A stretch of 64,000 nt of DNA from an uncultured Anaerolinea sp. (GTDB taxonomy: Bacteria > Chloroflexota > Anaerolineae > Anaerolineales > UBA4823), in assembly GCA_964503145.1 (NCBI GenBank), contig CAZCYV010000010.1, forward strand, positions 8,613 through 72,612. Direction: 5' to 3'. Of this stretch, positions 37,295 to 46,966 are shown piece by piece (position 1 is the first letter of the stretch; each line of letters opens with the position of its first letter). The position numbers and the translations under genes were made by a program. The notes under the pieces are model-generated. The model ran no database searches, had not been told where the DNA came from, and saw nothing but the letters and a program-made list of their open reading frames with translations.

Positions 37295-38209
37295 ATGAAA
37301 CTGGGTCTAATGAGCGCTGCTTTCCCGAAATGGTCCTTGGAAAAACTGGCCGCCTGGGCAGCGGAAAACGGCTTCGAGATGCTGGAACTGGCCTGCTGGC
37401 CGGTAGGTAAAGCCGAGCGCCGCTACGCCGGGGTGACCCACATCGACGTGGCCGATTTCGACGCCCAAAAAGCCAAAGAAGTCAAAGCAATCCTAAAGAA
37501 ATACAACCTGGAGATCTCGTCGCTAGGATATTACCCCAATCCGTTGGATCCCAACCCGGAACATCGCGAGACGGTGGTTTCCCATCTCAAAAAGGTGATC
37601 GTCGCCGCTGGGTTGCTGGATGTGCCGGTGGTGGGCACTTTCGTCGGTCGCGACAAGACCAAAACCCTGGAAGACAACTGGCCAGAATTCGAAAAAGTCT
37701 GGCCGCCCATCGTGCGCTTCGCTGCACAACACAACGTCAAAATTGCCATCGAAAACTGCCCGATGATCTTCTCGAACGACGAGTGGCCGGGGGGCAACAA
37801 CCTGGCGATCTCCCCTGCCGTCTGGCGTAAGATGTTCGAGATCATCCCCGATGACAACTTCGGTCTGAACCTGGATCCATCGCACCTGATCTGGCAATTC
37901 ATCGACTACGTGCGGGTGGTCTATGAATTCAAAGACCGCTTGTTCCACGTGCACGCCAAAGACCTGCGCATCGATCACGAGCAGCTTTATCAGCGCGGGG
38001 TGATGTCGCTAGGGATGGGCTGGCAGATTCCGCGCCTGCCCGGCCTGGGCGATGTCGATTGGGGCAAGTTCATCAGCGCTTTGTATGGCGCGGGCTACGA
38101 TTATGTCGTCAGCATCGAGCACGAAGATCGCGCCTTCGAGAAGACCGAAGAGTTGGTCGTCAGGGGCTTCTTACTTGCGCGTGATGTGCTGCGTCCATAC
38201 ATCCATTAG
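37295..38209 (+). CDS. Sugar phosphate isomerase/epimerase (xylose-isomerase-like TIM barrel)
   Basis: Metal ligands in IENCP, NLDPSH, HVHAKD, SIEHED. Confidence 0.9.
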   Translation: MKLGLMSAAFPKWSLEKLAAWAAENGFEMLELACWPVGKAERRYAGVTHIDVADFDAQKAKEVKAILKKYNLEISSLGYYPNPLDPNPEHRETVVSHLKKVIVAAGLLDVPVVGTFVGRDKTKTLEDNWPEFEKVWPPIVRFAAQHNVKIAIENCPMIFSNDEWPGGNNLAISPAVWRKMFEIIPDDNFGLNLDPSHLIWQFIDYVRVVYEFKDRLFHVHAKDLRIDHEQLYQRGVMSLGMGWQIPRLPGLGDVDWGKFISALYGAGYDYVVSIEHEDRAFEKTEELVVRGFLLARDVLRPYIH

Positions 38210-38258
38210 GCGCTGTTGCGGCGCAAAGGCAAGTCGCAATGCGGAGTGAACTGAGACG

Positions 38259-39251
38259 ATGAGCAATCCAACCAGGTTCGTTGGGGTCGATCTTGGAGGC
38301 ACCCACCTGCGCGCGGCGGTGGTGGATATCGCCGACGGTCGGGTCATCGAACTGATCCAGGTACCCACCCTGGCGCGCGAAGGGCATGAAGCCGTCATCG
38401 CGCGCATGGCGCAATTGATCCAGCAGGTGATCTCCAAGAGCGGGACACCAATGGGGGAAGTGGGCGGCATCGGCATCGGCGTCCCCGGCAAGTTGGACCG
38501 GGAGCGGGGGATGGTGCTGTTCTTGCCCAATCTGCCGGGAAACTGGCTGAACGTGCCTTTACAGGCGCAAATCGAAAGCCAGGTTGGTCTGCCCACCCAC
38601 ATCTTGAACGACGCGCGCGCTATGACCTTCGGCGAGTGGAAATATGGCGCCGGCCGCGGCGTTAACACCCTGGCATGCTTCACCCTGGGCACGGGCGTCG
38701 GCGGCGGCCTGGTGGTGAACGGTCAATTGCATCTGGAGATGGGCGGCACGGCAGGCGAGTTGGGACATCAGGTCATCGATGTGGACGGGCCGAGTTGTGG
38801 CTGCGGCAGCCGGGGCTGCCTGGAGACTTACGCCTCCGGCCCGGCAATCGCTGCTGCCGGCATTAAAGCGGTCGTCCAGGGCCTGACCACTCGCATTGGT
38901 CAAATGGTGGATTATGACCTGAACAAAATCACACCACAGGTTGTTTACCAGGCAGCGCTGGCCGGTGATGCCATCGCTCAGGAGATCTACCAGCGCGTGG
39001 GACATTACCTGGGCATTGCCATTTCCAATGTCATCGTGATGATCGGACCCAGCAGGATCGTCATCGGCGGCGGCGTTTCCCAGGCGGGCGAACTGCTTTT
39101 CGAGCCTATTCGCCGCACGGTTAGAGAAACCGTCTTCATCACTTCCACAGAACACATCGAGATTGTGCCAGCGCAGTTGGGGATCAACGCTGGGATCATC
39201 GGCGCGGCCGCCTGGGCAGGCGAGATCGATAAGGAACCGATCAAAAAATGA
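38259..39251 (+). CDS. ROK family sugar kinase
   Basis: GVDLGGT, NDA, LGTGVGGG, GELGH, CGCGSRGCLE; no N-terminal HTH. Confidence 0.93.
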   Translation: MSNPTRFVGVDLGGTHLRAAVVDIADGRVIELIQVPTLAREGHEAVIARMAQLIQQVISKSGTPMGEVGGIGIGVPGKLDRERGMVLFLPNLPGNWLNVPLQAQIESQVGLPTHILNDARAMTFGEWKYGAGRGVNTLACFTLGTGVGGGLVVNGQLHLEMGGTAGELGHQVIDVDGPSCGCGSRGCLETYASGPAIAAAGIKAVVQGLTTRIGQMVDYDLNKITPQVVYQAALAGDAIAQEIYQRVGHYLGIAISNVIVMIGPSRIVIGGGVSQAGELLFEPIRRTVRETVFITSTEHIEIVPAQLGINAGIIGAAAWAGEIDKEPIKK

Positions 39252-39426
39252 CATTCTCATCCGATACGAAAATCGCTCATGGAGGTGCATCAGATCAGGG
39301 ACAAAAACGACGCAAGCAACTCGAGAAATTGATCCCGGCAGCCCAAGAACCGCCTTGCGGATCAATCCAAAGCAAGTTCTTCTGTCAAGGAACACTATTT
39401 CAACTTGAACCAATTCGGAGGAGAGC

Positions 39427-41622
39427 ATGAATAAAAATTTCAAGTTTCTGAGTTGGCTGTTGCTGGTGACCCTTTTGGGCACCATGCTGGCGAGCTGCGC
39501 GCCGGCTGCGACGCCGGCCCCGACTCAACCGCCGGCCCCTGCGGCAACCGAGGCGCCAGCAGTCACCCAGGCCCCGGCTGCTGGCGCCGTACTGCCATGC
39601 GGCGAGCCGGGGAAGAAGATCGTGATCGGCTTGAGCAACGGCTACTTCGGCACCGACTGGCGCACGCAAGACCTGAACGTGGCGCAGCAGGTGTTCGATG
39701 AGATGAAGCAGAAGGGCTGGATCGCCCAGGACAGCGTCCTCAAGATCCAGAACGCCGGCGCCGACACCAACCAGCAAATCCAGCAGTTCCGCAACATGGT
39801 CAACGAGAAGGTGGATGTGCTGATGGTCAACGCCAACTCGGCCACCGGCCTGAACGCAGTGATCGACGAAGCCAAGGCCGCCGGCATCCCGGTGATCTCG
39901 TTCGACCAGGCGGTGACCAACCCCTACGCCGTCAACGTCACCGTGGATCACTACGCCTGGGGCAAGCGCTACGCCGAGTGGCTGGCTGAAGCCCTGGGCG
40001 GCAAGGGCAAGGTGGTGCTGATCGACGGCCTGCCCGGACACCCGGCAGCGGAAGCCCGCAAGCAAGCCGCCAAGGATGTCTTCGCCCAGTATCCCGACAT
40101 CGAAATCGTCCAGGAGATCTACGGCATGTGGGATCAGGCCAAGGCTCAGGCCGCCACCACCGACCTGCTGGCAGCGGTGCCCGAACTGGACGGCATCTTC
40201 GTCGAAGACTCGATGGCCATGGGCGTGATGCGCGCCCTGCAGGCGGCCAACCGCACCGTGCGGGCGATGACCGGCGAAGCCACCCCCGGCTACCTGAAGA
40301 TGTGGAAGGAACAACTGGCCAAGCAGCCCGACTTCCAGAGCTTCGCTCAGGCCAACCCGCCCGGCATCTCCGGCTCTGCCATCAAGATCGCTGCCCTGGT
40401 CGCCATCGGCTGCAAGTTGGATGAGATCCCCAACAACACCTTCTACTACCCGATCTCGAAGTTCGGCGGCAATGAGGCGCTGGATCAATTCCTGAAGGAG
40501 ATGGAAGGCAAGCCCGAAACCTACTTCCTCGACGAGTGGCTGACCGACGAGCAGGCGCTGAAGCTGTTCAACGGCGTGGCGGACGAAGCCGCGGCGCCGG
40601 AACAGCCTGCTGCGGCTGAACCAGCTGCCCCAGCGGTGCTGGCCTGCGGCGAGCCGGGGAAGAAGATCGTGATCGGCCTGAGCAACGGCTACTTCGGCAC
40701 CGACTGGCGCACGCAAGACCTGAACGTGGCGCAGCAGGTGTTCGATGAGATGAAGCAGAAGGGCTGGATCGCCCAGGACAGCGTCCTCAAGATCCAGAAC
40801 GCCGGCGCCGACACCAACCAGCAAATCCAGCAGTTCCGCAACATGGTCAACGAGAAGGTGGATGTGCTGATGGTCAACGCCAACTCGGCCACCGGCCTGA
40901 ACGCAGTGATCGACGAAGCCAAGGCCGCCGGCATCCCGGTGATCTCGTTCGACCAGGCGGTGACCAACCCCTACGCCGTCAACGTCACCGTGGATCACTA
41001 CGCCTGGGGCAAGCGCTACGCCGAGTGGCTGGCTGAAGCCCTGGGCGGCAAGGGCAAGGTGGTGCTGATCGACGGCCTGCCCGGACACCCGGCAGCGGAA
41101 GCCCGCAAGCAAGCCGCCAAGGATGTCTTCGCCCAGTATCCCGACATCGAAATCGTCCAGGAGATCTACGGCATGTGGGATCAGGCCAAGGCTCAGGCCG
41201 CCACCACCGACCTGCTGGCAGCGGTGCCCGAACTGGACGGCATCTTCGTCGAAGACTCGATGGCCATGGGCGTGATGCGCGCCCTGCAGGCGGCCAACCG
41301 CACCGTGCGGGCGATGACCGGCGAAGCCACCCCCGGCTACCTGAAGATGTGGAAGGAACAACTGGCCAAGCAGCCCGACTTCCAGAGCTTCGCTCAGGCC
41401 AACCCGCCCGGCATCTCCGGCTCTGCCATCAAGATCGCTGCCCTGGTCGCCATCGGCTGCAAGTTGGATGAGATCCCCAACAACACCTTCTACTACCCGA
41501 TCTCGAAGTTCGGCGGCAATGAGGCGCTGGATCAATTCCTGAAGGAGATGGAAGGCAAGCCCGAAACCTACTTCCTCGACGAGTGGCTGACCGACGAGCA
41601 GGTGCTGGCGCTGTTCCAGTAA
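39427..41622 (+). CDS. Sugar ABC transporter substrate-binding lipoprotein with two tandem identical binding domains
   Basis: Lipobox LASC, Ala/Pro linker, two copies of a periplasmic-binding-protein type I domain in one 731-aa ORF. Confidence 0.9.
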   Translation: MNKNFKFLSWLLLVTLLGTMLASCAPAATPAPTQPPAPAATEAPAVTQAPAAGAVLPCGEPGKKIVIGLSNGYFGTDWRTQDLNVAQQVFDEMKQKGWIAQDSVLKIQNAGADTNQQIQQFRNMVNEKVDVLMVNANSATGLNAVIDEAKAAGIPVISFDQAVTNPYAVNVTVDHYAWGKRYAEWLAEALGGKGKVVLIDGLPGHPAAEARKQAAKDVFAQYPDIEIVQEIYGMWDQAKAQAATTDLLAAVPELDGIFVEDSMAMGVMRALQAANRTVRAMTGEATPGYLKMWKEQLAKQPDFQSFAQANPPGISGSAIKIAALVAIGCKLDEIPNNTFYYPISKFGGNEALDQFLKEMEGKPETYFLDEWLTDEQALKLFNGVADEAAAPEQPAAAEPAAPAVLACGEPGKKIVIGLSNGYFGTDWRTQDLNVAQQVFDEMKQKGWIAQDSVLKIQNAGADTNQQIQQFRNMVNEKVDVLMVNANSATGLNAVIDEAKAAGIPVISFDQAVTNPYAVNVTVDHYAWGKRYAEWLAEALGGKGKVVLIDGLPGHPAAEARKQAAKDVFAQYPDIEIVQEIYGMWDQAKAQAATTDLLAAVPELDGIFVEDSMAMGVMRALQAANRTVRAMTGEATPGYLKMWKEQLAKQPDFQSFAQANPPGISGSAIKIAALVAIGCKLDEIPNNTFYYPISKFGGNEALDQFLKEMEGKPETYFLDEWLTDEQVLALFQ
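39598..41602 (+). repeat. 958-bp direct repeat (39598-40555 and 40645-41602), offset 1047 bp
   Basis: Line-by-line comparison shows a single difference (T39631 vs C40678, synonymous Leu); copies are separated by a unique 89-bp spacer. Confidence 0.93.
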
Positions 41623-41667
41623 AAATTCGCTGATCCGCAACCGCGGGTCCATCGATAGCTAATTGAT

Positions 41668-41706
41668 TGGATGATGCGGGGAGTTGCATACCCCCCGCAT
41701 CATCCA
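41668..41706 (+). other. Intercistronic stem-loop after the binding-protein gene
   Basis: TGGATGATGCGGGG / CCCCGCATCATCCA 14-bp stem, no U-run; typical position for an mRNA-stabilising hairpin in ABC operons. Confidence 0.7.
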
Positions 41707-41728
41707 GAAATGCAGAGGAGTGTTCTTG

Positions 41729-43258
41729 GTGTATATCCTAGAGACCCGGTCGATCAAGAAGTCTTTCGGCGGCGTTAAGGCCTTGGTTGATGGCACATTC
41801 ACCTGCAATCAGGGCGAGATCGTTGGCCTGTTGGGCGCAAATGGCTCGGGTAAAACAACCTTTTCCAAGATCATCATGGGCCTGTTGCACCTAGATGACG
41901 GCGAAATCTTGGTGAACGGTGAAAAGGTGCATTTCAGGTCGCCCATGGATGCAATGCGTAAAGGCATCGTGATGGTGCACCAGCAACTGAGCCTGATCCC
42001 CGACCTGACAGTGTGGGAAAATATCAACATCGGCCACGAACCCAAGACCGGCGCGGGCTTCCTGGACGATGATGCCGCTAGAAAAAAAGCCGCCGAGGTG
42101 ATCGAGCGGCTATGTCCGGGATTGCAACTGGACCGTAAAGTAAAAACTTTGCTCCCCGCCGAGCAGCAACTGGTCGAAATCGCCAAGGCTCTTTCCAAAG
42201 GAGGGCAGTTACTCATCCTGGACGAGCCAACCGCTGCTCTGGAGCAAACGCAGGTTAATCGACTCTTCGAAATCCTGCGCGAGTTGAAGAAGCAGGGAAC
42301 GACGATCATCTTCATTTCACACCGCTTGGGAGAGGTGCTGGAAATTTGCGACCATGTGGTGGTCTTCCGCAACGGCGCCAACGTCGGTACAGTCCACTTC
42401 CAGCGGGATGGCAAAGACGAAGATCGCATCGTGGCATTAATCACCGGAAAAGAAGATCAAGAAAAACAAAATGGCAACGGCCAGCGCGCGCGATTCGATG
42501 AAGTACGGCTGGAGGTCAGGCATCTTTCGGCCGGGCTGTTAAGGGATATCAGTTTCGATTTGCACAAAGGTGAAATCCTGGGAGTGGGCGGATTGCAAGG
42601 CCAGGGACAAGAAGAGTTGCTGCTGTTGCTTTCAGGCATGATCCATGCCCACCGAGGCGAGCTGCGCATCGATGGGCGGCCGGTGAAATTCCATCACCCG
42701 GTGGATGCCATCCGCAACGGAGTCGTCCTGGTGCCGGGCGACCGCCAAAAAGAAGGCTTGTTCCTGAATCATAGCCTGTTTATGAACATGATCTACGCTC
42801 GCTTTGGGCTGAAGGGCGATTGGGTGATCCCCTTCCCCAAATACCGCCAGGAAGTCAACCGAGTGGTCAATGCGCTCTCGATCCAGACGGAAACCATTGA
42901 GACCGAAATGCAGAATTTGAGCGGCGGCAACCAGCAGAAAGTGGTGGTCGGTAAATGGCTGCCGCTGCAGCCGAATATCCTGCTGTTGAGCGACCCGGCC
43001 AAAGGCGTCGATGTTCAGGCCAAAAAAGAACTGTACGATCTGGTGCGCGATCTGGCCAACCGGGGCACTTCAGTGGTGCTCTACGCCAGCGACAACGAAG
43101 AGTTGGTGGAGCATTGCGATCGTATCCTGGTGCTCTTCGAAGGTCAGGTTGTCGAGGAATTGCAGGGCGAGAAGATCAGCGAAGACAATCTGGTGGCCGC
43201 TTCGCTGAGAGCCAGGGTGAACCAGGCCAGCAGCAAAGACGGTCATCTCGGCAGCTAA
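41729..43258 (+). CDS. Sugar ABC transporter ATP-binding protein (CUT2/RbsA type)
   Basis: GANGSGKT, LILDEPT, second NBD with LSGGNQQK; GTG start after GAGGAG. Confidence 0.93.
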   Translation: MYILETRSIKKSFGGVKALVDGTFTCNQGEIVGLLGANGSGKTTFSKIIMGLLHLDDGEILVNGEKVHFRSPMDAMRKGIVMVHQQLSLIPDLTVWENINIGHEPKTGAGFLDDDAARKKAAEVIERLCPGLQLDRKVKTLLPAEQQLVEIAKALSKGGQLLILDEPTAALEQTQVNRLFEILRELKKQGTTIIFISHRLGEVLEICDHVVVFRNGANVGTVHFQRDGKDEDRIVALITGKEDQEKQNGNGQRARFDEVRLEVRHLSAGLLRDISFDLHKGEILGVGGLQGQGQEELLLLLSGMIHAHRGELRIDGRPVKFHHPVDAIRNGVVLVPGDRQKEGLFLNHSLFMNMIYARFGLKGDWVIPFPKYRQEVNRVVNALSIQTETIETEMQNLSGGNQQKVVVGKWLPLQPNILLLSDPAKGVDVQAKKELYDLVRDLANRGTSVVLYASDNEELVEHCDRILVLFEGQVVEELQGEKISEDNLVAASLRARVNQASSKDGHLGS

Positions 43259-43278
43259 ACCCGGGAAGTAGAGGTCCT

Positions 43279-44256
43279 ATGAGCATCAGCGAACGATTGA
43301 AGAAAAGCACCCGAAACCCGGAATTTCCCGCGGTGATCATCCTGGTCGCGGTGATCATCCTGAACGCCATTTTGCAGAAGAACTTTTTTGCCGTCGATGT
43401 GTTGAACATCAACCTGTTGACCTTCACACCCTTGATCCTGATCAGCATCGGCCAGGCAATCATCATCCTGGGCGGCGGCTTGGACCTCTCTGTCGGTCAG
43501 CAGGTTTCGCTAATCAACGTGATCCTGGCGGTGATGATGGCCGATGCGGGTGAGAGTCGGCTGGCGGTGCTGCCGGCGTTTGGAGTGGCCTTCCTTGCCG
43601 CGATGGGAATGGGTTTCGTCAACGGCTTCACCGCAGGATATTTGAACCTGCCGCCAATGATCGCCACCTTCGCCACTTCTGCCATCTGGTATGGTATGGC
43701 GCTGTTCATTTTGCCCTCTCCAGGCGGCCTGATCCCTACCTGGCTGGTCAGGGCGTTTAGCTGGAAATGGTTCCTGATTTCCACGCCCCTGATCGTGATC
43801 GTTCTGGCGTATGCCTTATGGCTGTTTATCAAGCGTCGGCCGCTTGGGCGGTATATCTATGCCGTGGGCAGCAACGAAGAGGCCGCATTTGCCAACGGGG
43901 TGAACACCCGACGGGTTAAACTATACTCGTACATGCTGGGCAGCTTCTTCGTCTTGCTAGGCGCTTTTGCCATATCTTTCCAGGCCGGTTCTGGGGACGC
44001 CCGCCTGGGCCTCTCGTACACGCTGACCTCTGTGGCCGCGGTGGTGGTGGGAGGCATCTCGCTCAAAGGCGGGAGCGGAAACGTCATCGGCGCAATCCTG
44101 GGCGCGATCATTTTGAACATGGTCATCAACCTGATCTACTTCGCCAACATCCCCAGCGAATATCAGGAATTTACCAAAGGCGCGATCATCATCCTGGCGC
44201 TGGCGCTGGCAGTGATCTACCGTCGGCGAGAAGCCCGCGGCCTGGCAACAACTTAA
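43279..44256 (+). CDS. Sugar ABC transporter permease
   Basis: GGGLDLSVG, GRYIYAVGSNEEAA...G, AAVVVGGISLKGGSG. Confidence 0.92.
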   Translation: MSISERLKKSTRNPEFPAVIILVAVIILNAILQKNFFAVDVLNINLLTFTPLILISIGQAIIILGGGLDLSVGQQVSLINVILAVMMADAGESRLAVLPAFGVAFLAAMGMGFVNGFTAGYLNLPPMIATFATSAIWYGMALFILPSPGGLIPTWLVRAFSWKWFLISTPLIVIVLAYALWLFIKRRPLGRYIYAVGSNEEAAFANGVNTRRVKLYSYMLGSFFVLLGAFAISFQAGSGDARLGLSYTLTSVAAVVVGGISLKGGSGNVIGAILGAIILNMVINLIYFANIPSEYQEFTKGAIIILALALAVIYRRREARGLATT

Positions 44257-44265
44257 AGGTGTCGA

Positions 44266-45288
44266 GTGGATGCTGAGCAGGAGAGAATAGCTGTGGAAAA
44301 CACACTTCAAGCCCCATCCGCAAATCTGACTTCCCGCTGGAGGAAGTTCTATCGCAACTATAGCCGTACGCTTGTCCCCTTTATCATCGCGGCGATCTTG
44401 ATCATTGCTGGAGAATTCGTCTCCCCGGGCTTCGCCGGGCCAAAGCACATCATCATGTTGCTGAAAGTCTCGGCGCTATTGGGCGTCCTGGTGCTGGCTC
44501 AATCGATCGTGATCATCGCCGGAGGCGAGGGCATCGATCTCTCGGTTGGCGCCATCGCCAGCATCACTGCGGTGATGTCCTCGGTGATCATCAACGGCAA
44601 AGACGAGAACTTGCTGCCGGCTCTGGTCGCGGTCTTGATCGTCGGCTTCTTCTTGGGGCTGATCAACGGCGTGGGCATTGCGGTTTTCAACGTTCCTCCC
44701 CTGATCATGACGCTGGGCATGGCCAGCGTGATCAACGGCATGGTAATCATCTACAGCCAGGGGTTTATCATTCGCGGCAGCGCCTCGGACTTGCTGAAGA
44801 CCATCGGCGGCGGGCAGACCATCCCCGGCCTGCCGAACGTAATCCTGGTGTGGATCGTACTGATCGCCATCAGCCTTTACGTGCTCAACCGCACCAAATC
44901 GGGGATGATGCTCTATGGCGTCGGCGCGAACGAGATCACCGCTGAACTGACCGGCGTGCGCGCCCGGCGCGTTCGTGCCCTGGCCTATGCGGTCAGCGGC
45001 GCGATTTCGGGATTGGGAGGGATGCTGTTGCTGGGCTACAATGGCCTGCCCTACATCGACATGGGCTCGATTTATGTGATGCCCAGCGTGGCGGCGGCGG
45101 TGATCGGCGGCATCTCGCTGGCGGGCGGCTCGGGCAGTTACCTCGGCGCGGCGGGCGGCGCAATCCTGCTGACCACCCTATCGGCGCTTCTGGTCACCAT
45201 GCGCATGGGCGAAGGCGGGAAGCAAATGGTCTTCGGGCTGGTGCTGATCATCTTGCTCGCCATCTACGGACGGCGCCCAAGCCGATAA
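44266..45288 (+). CDS. Sugar ABC transporter permease
   Basis: GIDLSVG, YGVGANEITAELTG, AAAVIGGISLAGGSG. Confidence 0.92.
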   Translation: MDAEQERIAVENTLQAPSANLTSRWRKFYRNYSRTLVPFIIAAILIIAGEFVSPGFAGPKHIIMLLKVSALLGVLVLAQSIVIIAGGEGIDLSVGAIASITAVMSSVIINGKDENLLPALVAVLIVGFFLGLINGVGIAVFNVPPLIMTLGMASVINGMVIIYSQGFIIRGSASDLLKTIGGGQTIPGLPNVILVWIVLIAISLYVLNRTKSGMMLYGVGANEITAELTGVRARRVRALAYAVSGAISGLGGMLLLGYNGLPYIDMGSIYVMPSVAAAVIGGISLAGGSGSYLGAAGGAILLTTLSALLVTMRMGEGGKQMVFGLVLIILLAIYGRRPSR

Positions 45289-45315
45289 ACAAACTGATTG
45301 CCGGAGAGATCATCA

Positions 45316-46107
45316 ATGCAAAACTTCATAGAGACTTTCGAAAAACTGTTTCGCTTCGATGGCAAGGTGGCGATCGTCGCCGGCGGCTGCGGCGGCATCG
45401 GCTCAGTCATCTCCTATGGTCTGGCACAGTTAGGAGCCACCGTGGTGATCGCTGATCATCGTGAGGAGCAGGCCTGCGAATGCGTCGAAGGCATCGTCCG
45501 CCAGGGCTTCACCTCTCACGCCATCGGCTTCGAGATCACCCAGCCGGAAAGCGTTACGGCAATGGTCAATGAGACGGTTCAATTGGCTGGTCATGTGGAT
45601 ATCCTGGTCAACTGCGTGGGCATGCACATCGAAAAACCTGCGGAAGATTATCTGCTCGAAGACTGGGATCTGGTCAACAGCGTCAATCTGCGCGGGGCTT
45701 TCCTGCTTTCCCAGGCGGTTGGACGGCAGATGATCCAACAGGGGAGCGGCGGCAAGCACATCCATATTTCATCCGTGCGCAGCGTTCTGGGCCTGCGCCG
45801 TGGCTATGTCGCATACTGCGTGACCAAGGGCGGCATGAACATGCTCGTGAAACAACTCGCCACAGAATGGGCCAAGTACCAGATCACGGTGAACGCAGTG
45901 GCGCCGACCTTCATCCGCACCGAACTGGTCAAACACTATCTGGAAGACCGCGACTTCTACAACAGCCTGGTGGGACGCATTCCGCTGGGGCGGGTCGGCG
46001 AACCGCTGGATGTGGCCGGCGCGGTCCTGTACCTGGCATCGCCCGCAGCCGATTTCGTCACCGGCCATGTGCTGATGGTGGACGGCGGCGTGACAGCGTC
46101 GCAATAG
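45316..46107 (+). CDS. Short-chain dehydrogenase/reductase (KduD/gluconate 5-dehydrogenase-like)
   Basis: AGGCGGIG, VNCVG, YCVTK catalytic motif, VNAVAPT, VTGHVLMVDGG. Confidence 0.9.
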   Translation: MQNFIETFEKLFRFDGKVAIVAGGCGGIGSVISYGLAQLGATVVIADHREEQACECVEGIVRQGFTSHAIGFEITQPESVTAMVNETVQLAGHVDILVNCVGMHIEKPAEDYLLEDWDLVNSVNLRGAFLLSQAVGRQMIQQGSGGKHIHISSVRSVLGLRRGYVAYCVTKGGMNMLVKQLATEWAKYQITVNAVAPTFIRTELVKHYLEDRDFYNSLVGRIPLGRVGEPLDVAGAVLYLASPAADFVTGHVLMVDGGVTASQ

Positions 46108-46174
46108 ACAAGGGTCCTGGTGTCTCTGCCTCCCGGACCAGAAAAACTCAAAAGAATCTTTTTTGGAGGATAAC

Positions 46175-46900
46175 ATGGGTAGAACAATCATTGATCTGAG
46201 CATGCCAGTGCACAACAATATGGTGACTTTTCCACGCATTGTGCGCCCGGCTTTGTTGATGTACGAGAGCTGGGAGGAGTTCGCCGAGCGCATTGGCGCC
46301 GCAAAATACGGCGTGAACTGGCTGACCGCCAGTTACATGGTCACCTTGAGCGATCATGTCGGCACGCATATCGACTCGCTCAAGCATCTGCGCAAAGACG
46401 CCCCGGGGGCGGAGGGCATCCCGCTGGAGTATTGCTACAGCGATGGAGTCGTGCTGGACTTTTCGCATAAAGAGTTCGGATCGGGCATCTCGGCCCCCGA
46501 GATCGAAGAGGCTTGCAAAAAGATCAACTACACCCTCAAGCCTCTGGACATCGTGCTGATCTACACTGGCGCCGGGAAGATCAACGAAAGCGACGATTAT
46601 GTGCGCAATCACTGCGGTGTGGATGCCGATGCCACGCTGTACATGATCGAGAAAGGCATCAAAGTCATGGGCATCGATGCCATCACCTGGGACCGACCGG
46701 TCTGGTCGATGTTCGAAAACAAGATGTTCTGGGAATCCCATCGGGTGATGATCGATCACGAGTACTATCACATCGAGAACATGATGAACCTGGACAAGTT
46801 GCTCGACCGTCCTTACGGGTTCAAGGTCTCGGCGCTGCCGGTCAAATGGGTCGGTACAACTGCCTCTCCAATCCGAGCGATTGCGATTTACGAAGACTAG
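46175..46900 (+). CDS. Cyclase-family metal-dependent hydrolase (kynurenine formamidase-like)
   Basis: DLSMP, HVGTHIDSLKH, GIDAITWD, HIENM, SPIRAIA. Confidence 0.9.
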   Translation: MGRTIIDLSMPVHNNMVTFPRIVRPALLMYESWEEFAERIGAAKYGVNWLTASYMVTLSDHVGTHIDSLKHLRKDAPGAEGIPLEYCYSDGVVLDFSHKEFGSGISAPEIEEACKKINYTLKPLDIVLIYTGAGKINESDDYVRNHCGVDADATLYMIEKGIKVMGIDAITWDRPVWSMFENKMFWESHRVMIDHEYYHIENMMNLDKLLDRPYGFKVSALPVKWVGTTASPIRAIAIYED

Positions 46901-46966
46901 GTCATTCATTAACAAAACAAAATGGGGGCAGGTCAATATGACCTGCCCTGGCAGAGGTGTCCGACT

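Noticed and set aside
39400-41652. 750-aa antisense ORF over the binding-protein gene
   Set aside because: Shadow ORF from GC-rich codon bias; it merely mirrors the internal duplication and has no recognisable motifs.
46926-46948. 10-bp hairpin between the cyclase and dikinase genes
   Set aside because: No U-run on the coding strand, so it is not called a terminator of the operon; it may be a stability element.
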